Origin: Cytophagales bacterium
GTDB taxonomy: Bacteria > Bacteroidota > Bacteroidia > Cytophagales > MED-G16
Direction: 5' to 3'
Assembly (NCBI GenBank): GCA_045568775.1
Contig: JBJLAJ010000001.1
Coordinates: 1,596-65,595, forward strand
DNA: 64,000 bases
The notes under the pieces were generated by a model. That model was not told where the DNA came from. It saw only the letters and a program-made list of their open reading frames with translations, and made no database searches. Made by a program: the position numbers and the translations under genes. Position 1 is the first letter of the stretch. Each line of letters opens with the position of its first letter. Positions 32,096-39,973 of this stretch are shown piece by piece.

Positions 32096-33337
32096 ATGGA
32101 CACTAAAGTACTTATACATTCATTTACAGATTTTGCTAATCAAAAGAACGTTGATCGCCCAACTATGATCAGAATTTTACAAGACGTTTTTAGGGCAATG
32201 ATTAAAAAGAAATTTGAACAAGATGAAAATTTTGATATTGTTATAAATGCAGATAAAGGCGATCTCGAGATAATGAGATTTAGAGAGATTGTTGATGATA
32301 ACTCAGAAGATATTTGGGATTTTGACAAAATCAAGCTTTCTGATGCAAAAAAAATAGAGAAAGATTTTGAGGTGGGTGATGAAGTCATTGAAGAAATAAA
32401 AATTGAAGATTTTGGAAGAAGAGCTGTCATACTAGCTAAGCAGACTTTAATTCAAAGAGTTAAAGATTTGGAGAAAGAGATTATTATAAGTAAATACGAC
32501 GAGCTTGTCGGAGAAATAATTACTGGGGAAATATACCAGGTGCTTAGCAGAGAAGTTCTACTTGTTGACGGAGAAGGAAACGAGATTTCACTACCTAGAT
32601 CTGAACAAATATATAAAGACAAATATAGAAAAGGAGATACCTTAAGGGGTGTTGTGTCCAGTGTAGAAATGTTTAGAGGGAACCCTAAAATAACTTTGTC
32701 AAGAACTAGCCCTTTATTCCTTGAGAAACTATTTGAAAATGAAGTTCCTGAAATAAGCGATGGATTGATCACAATAAAGAAAGTTGTAAGAGAACCTGGA
32801 GAAAGAGCAAAAATTTGTGTTGAATCATATGATGATAGAATTGATCCTGTAGGTGCTTGCGTGGGTATGAACGGTTCTAGAATTCATTCAATAGTCAGAG
32901 AACTACAAAATGAAAACATAGATGTTATAAACTACACAGATAATCAAGATCTTTATATTTCTAGGGCTCTTAGCCCAGCTAAAATTACCAGTATGCAAAT
33001 TGATAATGAGGAGAAAACAGTATCTGTCTATTTAAAACCTGATCAAGTTTCTTTAGCTATTGGTAAAGGAGGACAAAACATTAAACTAGCAAGTAGGCTT
33101 CTAGAATTAGAGATTGATGTGTTTAGAGAACTAGATGAAAGTCAAGAAGAAGATGTGGATCTTGAAGAATTTTCAGATGAAATTGAAGGTTGGATAATTG
33201 ATGAACTCAAAAGAATTGGTTTAGATACAGCAAAAGCAGTCTTAAATATTGAAAAAGAAGACCTAATTAAAAGAGCTGATCTTGAGGAGAGTACAATTGA
33301 CACAGTAGTAAAAACATTAAAAAAAGAGTTTGAATAA
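32096..33337 (+). CDS. nusA: Transcription termination/antitermination factor NusA
   Basis: FGRRAV, REPGERAK, DPVGACVG, AIGKGGQN; ATG at 32096. Confidence 0.97.
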   Translation: MDTKVLIHSFTDFANQKNVDRPTMIRILQDVFRAMIKKKFEQDENFDIVINADKGDLEIMRFREIVDDNSEDIWDFDKIKLSDAKKIEKDFEVGDEVIEEIKIEDFGRRAVILAKQTLIQRVKDLEKEIIISKYDELVGEIITGEIYQVLSREVLLVDGEGNEISLPRSEQIYKDKYRKGDTLRGVVSSVEMFRGNPKITLSRTSPLFLEKLFENEVPEISDGLITIKKVVREPGERAKICVESYDDRIDPVGACVGMNGSRIHSIVRELQNENIDVINYTDNQDLYISRALSPAKITSMQIDNEEKTVSVYLKPDQVSLAIGKGGQNIKLASRLLELEIDVFRELDESQEEDVDLEEFSDEIEGWIIDELKRIGLDTAKAVLNIEKEDLIKRADLEESTIDTVVKTLKKEFE

Positions 33338-33340
33338 ATT

Positions 33341-35737
33341 ATGAATGAGTCAAAACAATTAAGGTTGGGTCAAGTTGCCAGAAAACTAAATGTTGGTAGA
33401 AATACAATAATTAGTTATCTCCATGACAAAGGATATGATGTTGATTCTAATCCAAACACAAAAATTAACCATGACTTATTTAAAATTCTTGAAAATGCTT
33501 TTGAAGATTCTGCAGTTGAAAAAAAAGTTGCGTCCAATATTAAAATAGGAATAGAAGAAAAAGGTAATTTCATCCAAGAGACAAAAAAAGTAGAAGAGAA
33601 AAAAGTAGAAGAGAAAAAAGTAGAAGAGAAAAAAGTAGAAGAAAAAAAAGAGACAGGAGGCATTAAAATAATAAAAAAAATCAAGCTGGATGATATCAGT
33701 AAAAAAAGAGTTGCCTCATCAGATCAATCAAAGAAAAAAAGAAGACCAAGAAAAAGAATTATTTCGAATAAAAATAAACCCAAAATGGGATCTCAAAACC
33801 CTCCAGAAAGTAAAGAGGAAATTGATAAAAAAAATAAAGAGATTCAAAATAAAATTAAATCAACACTTGCCAAGCTTAGCGGAACAAAAGACTCAGATAC
33901 CAAGAGATCTAAATATAGAAAAGAAAAAAGAAGTCAGCATGCAGAAGCTATTGAAGAAGAAAAAATAAAACAAGAAGAAGATTCTAAAACATTAAAAGTT
34001 ACCGAATATATTTCTGCAAATGACTTAGCCAAACTAATGGATGTAACAGTAAATGATGTTATTTCTAAATATCTTGAAATAGGAATGTTTGTCTCTATTA
34101 ATCAAAGATTAGACGCAGAAACAATTAGTATCATTGCTGAAGAATTCGGGTATACGGTAGAGTTTACTACTTCAGATGATGAAGAAATAGTAGTTATAGA
34201 AGAAGAAGATAAAGAAGAAGATCTATCTCCAAGAGCCCCTATTGTTACAATTATGGGACATGTTGATCACGGGAAAACTTCATTGTTAGATTATATAAGG
34301 AAGTCTAGGGTGACAGAAGGAGAAGCTGGTGGTATAACTCAACACATAGGGGCATATGATGTTGAAACAAAAAGTGGACAAAAAATTGCTTTTCTAGATA
34401 CTCCAGGTCATGAGGCGTTTACAGCAATGAGAGCCAGAGGAGCTAAAATAACTGATATTGTAATTATTGTTATAGCAGCAGACTCAACAGTAATGCCTCA
34501 AACAAAAGAAGCTATTAACCACAGTAAAGTGGCTGACGTGCCAATCGTTTTTGCTATAAATAAGATTGATACACCAAATGCAAATATCAACAAAGTAAAG
34601 GAAGACCTATCTAATAATAATATCTTAGTTGAAGACTGGGGTGGAAAATTTCAGTGTCAAGAAGTCTCTGCAAAAACAGGAAAAGGTGTAGAAGAATTAT
34701 TAGAAAAAGTTTTATTAGAAGCTGAGCTTCTTGAGTTAAAAGCAAATGAAAATAAAAAAGCAATAGGTACGGTTGTTGAATCAGAACTAGATAAGGGAAG
34801 AGGATACTTAACAACAATTATGGTTCAAGGTGGAACTCTGAATAAGGGAGATATTATTTTAGCTGGAGCTCAACATGGAAAAGTAAAAGCTTTATTTGAT
34901 CATAGGGGTAAAGAAAAACAGAGCGTAGGACCAGCTACACCAATACTGATGCTTGGTCTTAATGGTGCGCCCCAAGCAGGAGATAAATTTAATGTCTTTG
35001 ATACTGATAAAGAAGCAAGAGAATTAGCAACTAAAAGAGAACAGCTAATTAGAGAACAAAAATTAAGAACTAAAAAACATGTCACGCTTGATGAAATTGG
35101 GAGAAGATTAGCACTAGGTAATTTTAAAGAATTAAATATTGTTCTCAAGGGAGATGTGGACGGGTCTATTGAAGCTCTTTCAGATTCAATGGAAAAACTT
35201 TCAACAGATGAAATCTCCGTGAATATTATTCATAGGGCAGTTGGTCAAATTACTGAATCAGATGTATTACTAGCTTCAGCATCTGACGCTATAATTATAG
35301 GTTTTCAAGTCAGACCTTCCGTTAACGCAAGAACTCTGGCAGAGAAAGAAGGAATAGATATCAGAATGTATTCAATAATTTATGAGGCAATTACCGAGAT
35401 TAAAAGTGCAATGGAAGGTATGTTAGAGCCAACAGAAGAAGAGAAAATTACCGGTAATGTTGAGGTAAGAGAAGTATATAAAATATCAAAAATCGGGACT
35501 ATAGCAGGATGCTATGTGACAAATGGTAGTATAATTAGAAAAAACAAGATTAGGTTGATTAGAGATGGAATTGTTATATTCACAGGTAAAATAAAACAAT
35601 TGAAGAGGTTTAAAGAAGATGCAAATGAAGTGAAAAACGGATATGAGTGTGGTATTAGCATTGAAGATTATAATGATATAAAAGTTGGAGATACAATAGA
35701 ATCATTTGAAATAAAAGAGATAAAAAGAAAACTTTAA
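33341..35737 (+). CDS. infB: Translation initiation factor IF-2
   Basis: [29 protein letters not shown]. Confidence 0.97.
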   Translation: MNESKQLRLGQVARKLNVGRNTIISYLHDKGYDVDSNPNTKINHDLFKILENAFEDSAVEKKVASNIKIGIEEKGNFIQETKKVEEKKVEEKKVEEKKVEEKKETGGIKIIKKIKLDDISKKRVASSDQSKKKRRPRKRIISNKNKPKMGSQNPPESKEEIDKKNKEIQNKIKSTLAKLSGTKDSDTKRSKYRKEKRSQHAEAIEEEKIKQEEDSKTLKVTEYISANDLAKLMDVTVNDVISKYLEIGMFVSINQRLDAETISIIAEEFGYTVEFTTSDDEEIVVIEEEDKEEDLSPRAPIVTIMGHVDHGKTSLLDYIRKSRVTEGEAGGITQHIGAYDVETKSGQKIAFLDTPGHEAFTAMRARGAKITDIVIIVIAADSTVMPQTKEAINHSKVADVPIVFAINKIDTPNANINKVKEDLSNNNILVEDWGGKFQCQEVSAKTGKGVEELLEKVLLEAELLELKANENKKAIGTVVESELDKGRGYLTTIMVQGGTLNKGDIILAGAQHGKVKALFDHRGKEKQSVGPATPILMLGLNGAPQAGDKFNVFDTDKEARELATKREQLIREQKLRTKKHVTLDEIGRRLALGNFKELNIVLKGDVDGSIEALSDSMEKLSTDEISVNIIHRAVGQITESDVLLASASDAIIIGFQVRPSVNARTLAEKEGIDIRMYSIIYEAITEIKSAMEGMLEPTEEEKITGNVEVREVYKISKIGTIAGCYVTNGSIIRKNKIRLIRDGIVIFTGKIKQLKRFKEDANEVKNGYECGISIEDYNDIKVGDTIESFEIKEIKRKL
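33584..33643 (+). repeat. 15-bp tandem repeat x4 in infB (KKVEE)
   Basis: AAAAAAGTAGAAGAG three times plus AAAAAAGTAGAAGAA. Confidence 0.9.
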
Positions 35738-35748
35738 ATTTGAGGATT

Positions 35749-36132
35749 ATGGTAAAGAAAGAGAAAACAAAATACACAGCTTCAGAGTTAGAAAAATTTG
35801 AAAAGCTAATTTTGGAAAAAATGGAGAGTGCCCAGAAAGAGCTTGACTTTATTAGAGAATCTTTACAAAGGAGCAATTTATCAGGGACTGACTCAACTCA
35901 AGGTGCACTTAAAACTCTTGAAGATGGTGCAGATACAATGGAAAAAGAAAGTTTAAGTCAACTTGCTGGAAGACAGCAAAAGTTTATTACAAACTTAGAA
36001 AAAGCTCTAATTAGAATTAAAAATGGAACTTACGGTATATGCAAAGACACAGGGAATTTAATTGATAAAAAAAGATTAAGAGCTGTTCCACACGCAACAC
36101 AATCTATAGAAGCAAAATTAAATAGAGGGTAA
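35749..36132 (+). CDS. TraR/DksA family regulator (single-Cys Bacteroidota form)
   Basis: ALIRIKNGTYGICKDTG..RLRAVPHATQSIEAK. Confidence 0.9.
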   Translation: MVKKEKTKYTASELEKFEKLILEKMESAQKELDFIRESLQRSNLSGTDSTQGALKTLEDGADTMEKESLSQLAGRQQKFITNLEKALIRIKNGTYGICKDTGNLIDKKRLRAVPHATQSIEAKLNRG

Positions 36133-36134
36133 AA

Positions 36135-36698
36135 TTGAGTTCATTAGAATCAAAGATTGAATCATTAATTTTTTGTTCACCAAAACCTATCAAAGTAAGT
36201 GATATAATTAAAACATTTTCAGAATGTGAAAAAGCAGATTATTCTGAAAAAAAAATTTCAGAGAATATTGAAAGTTTAATTAAAAAATATAAAAATGATA
36301 AGTTTTCTTTTGAGATAATAGAGTCTGGGGGTGGTTTTCAATTTTTAACAAAAAGAGATTATTCTAGATTAAACGAAATATTACTTAAACAACAATCAAG
36401 AAGACGTCTTTCTATATCAGCACTAGAAACATTATCAATAATAGCATATAAACAACCTGTCACAAAATCAGAAATTGAAAAAATAAGAGGCGTTAACTGC
36501 GATTATACTATTCAAAAATTATTAGATAAAGAGTTAATAAGAATAGATGGAAAATCAGATAAAGTTGGAAGACCACTTATATACTCAACAAGTGAAAAGT
36601 TTATGGATTATTTTGGAATAAATAGTCTTGAGCAGTTACCTACAATAAAAGATTTCCAAAAGGAGGAAAATTCTATAGGTGATGAAGAAGAAGCCTGA
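36135..36698 (+). CDS. scpB: SMC-Scp complex subunit ScpB
   Basis: LETLSIIAYKQPVTK, IRGVN, GRPLIY, FMDYFG. Confidence 0.94.
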   Translation: MSSLESKIESLIFCSPKPIKVSDIIKTFSECEKADYSEKKISENIESLIKKYKNDKFSFEIIESGGGFQFLTKRDYSRLNEILLKQQSRRRLSISALETLSIIAYKQPVTKSEIEKIRGVNCDYTIQKLLDKELIRIDGKSDKVGRPLIYSTSEKFMDYFGINSLEQLPTIKDFQKEENSIGDEEEA

Positions 36699-37401
36699 TT
36701 CACAATCAATCCGTCTAAATAAATTTATATCTCTTTCAGGATATTGCAATCGCAGAAATGCAGATGAACTTATAAGTAAGGGAAGGGTCAAAGTAAATGG
36801 GACAAAGTGTACCAAACTTGGAATAAAAGTTGATATAAACGACATTGTTATAGTAGATAAAAAAGAAATAATTTATGGAGAAAAACTTTATATTTTATTA
36901 AATAAGCCTCAAGGGTTTTCAACTAATATTAAAGACGAAGGGAAAAGAGTATTTGATTTATTAAAAAAATTTAAAGAAAAGTTATTTTCTGTTGGAGAGT
37001 TAGATAAAAAATCTATGGGCCTTTTATTACTAACAAATGATAATGATTTAATAAAAAAACTAACATCAAAGTCAAGTGCTTTAAAAAATATTTACAGTGT
37101 GTGTGTAGATAAGGCAATAAAAGAAAGTGAAATTAATCTAATTAAATCAGGATTAATTATTGATAACAAAAAAGTCATACCACAAAAAATCATAAAGTTA
37201 GAAGAAGAAAATAAAGTCGGACTAGAAATAAACTCTGAGGATGATATAGCTATAAAAAAAATATTTGAAAAATTGAATTTTAAAATATCAAAGTTAGATA
37301 GAGTTGTCTTTGGACCATTGACAAAAAAAGATTTACCAAGAGGGAAATGGAGAAAGCTAAAACATAATGAAGTAAGAAATCTAAAATCTTTTATAAATTA
37401 A
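36679..37401 (+). CDS. RsuA/RluB-family pseudouridine synthase with degenerate active-site motifs
   Basis: S4 domain RLNKFISLSG..RRNADELI, LLNKP, VGELD..GLLLLTND, LPRGKWR. Confidence 0.85.
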   Translation: MMKKKPDSQSIRLNKFISLSGYCNRRNADELISKGRVKVNGTKCTKLGIKVDINDIVIVDKKEIIYGEKLYILLNKPQGFSTNIKDEGKRVFDLLKKFKEKLFSVGELDKKSMGLLLLTNDNDLIKKLTSKSSALKNIYSVCVDKAIKESEINLIKSGLIIDNKKVIPQKIIKLEEENKVGLEINSEDDIAIKKIFEKLNFKISKLDRVVFGPLTKKDLPRGKWRKLKHNEVRNLKSFIN

Positions 37402-39800
37402 TTTTCAGTATAATCAGATATCATAGATCTAATATATTTGAGGTGACTTACTGAAGAAAAATCATTAGTCTTCTTGATTTTTATTTTAATTTTTTTATCT
37501 AAGTTGATAATTTCACCAAGCACTATTGATCTAATATCTGATGATTTGAAGTCTATATTTACTCCAAATCTTTTATAATAAGAGGACTGACTCTTATCAT
37601 TTGTCATTATATCAACCAATAAGTTAATATATGTTTTTTGTAAGTTTCTTCTATAAACTTTAATGGGGTCGGAACTTAACATGTCTCCCCATAAACTCAA
37701 ATTAAGATCTTCTATCATGTTATTAATTGAGTATGAATTATTTCTATTTATTGCTTCATTCTCTAACATCCTAGCAAGCCTAGAATAATCAAATAGTCTA
37801 TTTAATGCATAGGTCTGCGCAGACCTCACTCTTTCCAAGGCTCCAATGTTTTCTATTTTATATAACACCTCTTGATCAACCAACCAATCTAGAGAAACAA
37901 AAACGTGATCATTTAAAAACTTAACCGCTTTCTTTTGAATACTTTTTGGAACATGCGCATATACATTTCCTTCTTGATCATTGCTTTTTAAGTCTTCATA
38001 AATTCCTCCTACATTTGTTGAAACATGACCAATATATCTCCTAAATTGAGAGAACACATTTAAATAAAGTTCTTTAAGGTCATCATAGTTTTTCCCTTCT
38101 TCATAGGTCCACTCTATCAGATTGGGAACTATCCTCTTTAGGTTTAAAATTCCATAATAGCTAGCTTCCATATTATCACTCCCAATTGATTCAGTTTGAG
38201 ATCTTGGATCTATTCCATTTGAATAACCAAACCAATAATCATAATTAGATGATTTGTTTTTTATCCACTCATTAAGAGTTTCTCTTTCAGATTCTTTATC
38301 TGCCTTATCAAAATAAGAATACCCCCACTTTACAGACCAAATATCATACTCACCCACCATAGGATAAAAGTTTTTCACTCCATCACCTGGCTGAGCAACA
38401 TAATTAAATCTAGCATAATCCATTATTGAAGGAGCTACACCGTGTGAAGATGTAAAAGAGGGAGACCTAAGGCTATCAACAGAATATGCAAAGCTTGATC
38501 CCATATTATGGGGTAATCCAATAGTATGACCAACTTCATGAGCAGAAACAAATCTTATAAGTTGACCCATTACCTCATCTTCAAATTTAACACCTCTTGA
38601 CTTTTGATTTACAGCAGAAGTTTGTATTAAATACCAGTTTCGTAGAAGATTCATTACATTATGGTACCATCCAATATCACTCTCCAAAATTTCACCTGTT
38701 CTAGGATCAGCTGTATGGGGTCCATATGCATTCTGAATGTCAGAAGCATAATATCTTATCACTGAATATCTTACGTCTTCAGGACTCCAATCAGGGTCTT
38801 CTTCTTTAGTTGGAGGGTACTTACATAAAATAGCATTTTTAAATCCGGCAGCCTCAAACGCAATTTGCCAATCTTCAACTCCCTGTTTTAAATATTTTCT
38901 CCATTTTACCGGAGTTGAGGGATCAATATAATAAACTATAGGTTTAACTGGCTCAACCAATTCTCCTCTATTATATGCTTCTATATCTTTAGGAATTAAT
39001 TTCCATCTTCTAATATAGGATGTTGATTTTGCCTTTTGTTCATCTAAACCGTAATCAGTTTGTGATTGAGAAAAATAACCTACTCTTTTGTCTAAAAATC
39101 TAGGTTGCATTTTATTTTCCGGAAGGATAATCATAGAATTATTTACTTCTAAACTAATAGTTTGAGAGTTTCTTTGAGAAGGAGGTTCAGTAGAGATGTA
39201 AGTCAACACATTTCTAACCTCTATATTTTTTGGAAAACTTTTAACAGATTCCACAAAAGATCTTTTTTTATCTAAAGACGTAATCTTTAGACTTTTTCTT
39301 CTAAACTGAGGGAAACCTAAAGCTTTAATGTCTGTTGTAAAAAGAGGTGTGACATTAATTAGTATAGAACTATCAGACGGATTGTATGCTTCAATTTCAA
39401 ATGATGAAAGTATAGGTTCAAAGTTTGAATTTTTAACAGACTCATAAATAGGAAGTGTATCATTTGCAATATTTTCGTAACTAACAACTCTAAGTAATAT
39501 TTTATCATATTTTTTCTGCCACCTAAGTACCTGAGAGTTAATTTTTTGACCACCATAACCAATTCCGTTCGATGTTTTAGCAATCCTTGTTACCATCAAC
39601 ATCTCTTTACCAAGTAACGAACTCGGTATCTCATAGTACACTTTTTGGTTATTTTGATGAACTTTGAAAAGCCCATCATCAGTTACAAACTCATCGTTAA
39701 TAATTTCTTCGTAAGACTTCTTCTTACTTTCTTTTTCATCTTTCTTTTGAGCAGATAATGTTGACGAGATCATTATGAGACTTAGTAATAAATATTTCAT
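37398..39800 (-). CDS. Secreted zinc metalloprotease (DUF5118/DUF5117/DUF4953 metzincin-like)
   Basis: Start MKYLLLSL signal peptide; PKQ-type PIVYYID, DPRTGEILES, AHEVGHTIGLPHN, SIMDY. Confidence 0.9.
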   Translation of the reverse strand: MKYLLLSLIMISSTLSAQKKDEKESKKKSYEEIINDEFVTDDGLFKVHQNNQKVYYEIPSSLLGKEMLMVTRIAKTSNGIGYGGQKINSQVLRWQKKYDKILLRVVSYENIANDTLPIYESVKNSNFEPILSSFEIEAYNPSDSSILINVTPLFTTDIKALGFPQFRRKSLKITSLDKKRSFVESVKSFPKNIEVRNVLTYISTEPPSQRNSQTISLEVNNSMIILPENKMQPRFLDKRVGYFSQSQTDYGLDEQKAKSTSYIRRWKLIPKDIEAYNRGELVEPVKPIVYYIDPSTPVKWRKYLKQGVEDWQIAFEAAGFKNAILCKYPPTKEEDPDWSPEDVRYSVIRYYASDIQNAYGPHTADPRTGEILESDIGWYHNVMNLLRNWYLIQTSAVNQKSRGVKFEDEVMGQLIRFVSAHEVGHTIGLPHNMGSSFAYSVDSLRSPSFTSSHGVAPSIMDYARFNYVAQPGDGVKNFYPMVGEYDIWSVKWGYSYFDKADKESERETLNEWIKNKSSNYDYWFGYSNGIDPRSQTESIGSDNMEASYYGILNLKRIVPNLIEWTYEEGKNYDDLKELYLNVFSQFRRYIGHVSTNVGGIYEDLKSNDQEGNVYAHVPKSIQKKAVKFLNDHVFVSLDWLVDQEVLYKIENIGALERVRSAQTYALNRLFDYSRLARMLENEAINRNNSYSINNMIEDLNLSLWGDMLSSDPIKVYRRNLQKTYINLLVDIMTNDKSQSSYYKRFGVNIDFKSSDIRSIVLGEIINLDKKIKIKIKKTNDFSSVSHLKYIRSMISDYTEN

Positions 39801-39870
39801 GACATTGGTTAAGTTGATTTTGTATTTAATAAAAGTATATAAAATAAATTCAAAGGACAAAAGAGTAAGG

Positions 39871-39973
39871 TGAGACATTATGTCTCATAATAGTTATATT
39901 ATGTCTCACAATAGTTATATTATATCTCAAAATAGTTATATTTATATAAAATATTAAGTCTCATGGGACATAA
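39871..39973. repeat. Array of six TTATGTCTCA-like boxes including a 21-bp tandem repeat x3
   Basis: Direct boxes at 39878, 39899, 39920, 39954; inverted boxes at 39871 and 39964. Confidence 0.85.

Noticed and set aside
33415-35876. Short overlapping ORFs inside infB, and similar 60-160 aa ORFs inside other core genes
   Set aside because: Shadow ORFs of well-supported genes with no recognisable motifs
35749-36132. DksA-like protein lacking the four-Cys zinc finger
   Set aside because: Single-Cys forms are, as far as I recall, normal in Bacteroidota
39877-39939. 21-bp repeats as a CRISPR array or the chromosomal dif site
   Set aside because: Repeats are contiguous with no spacers and no cas genes; the XerD arm TTATGTTAAA and 6-bp core of dif are not matched
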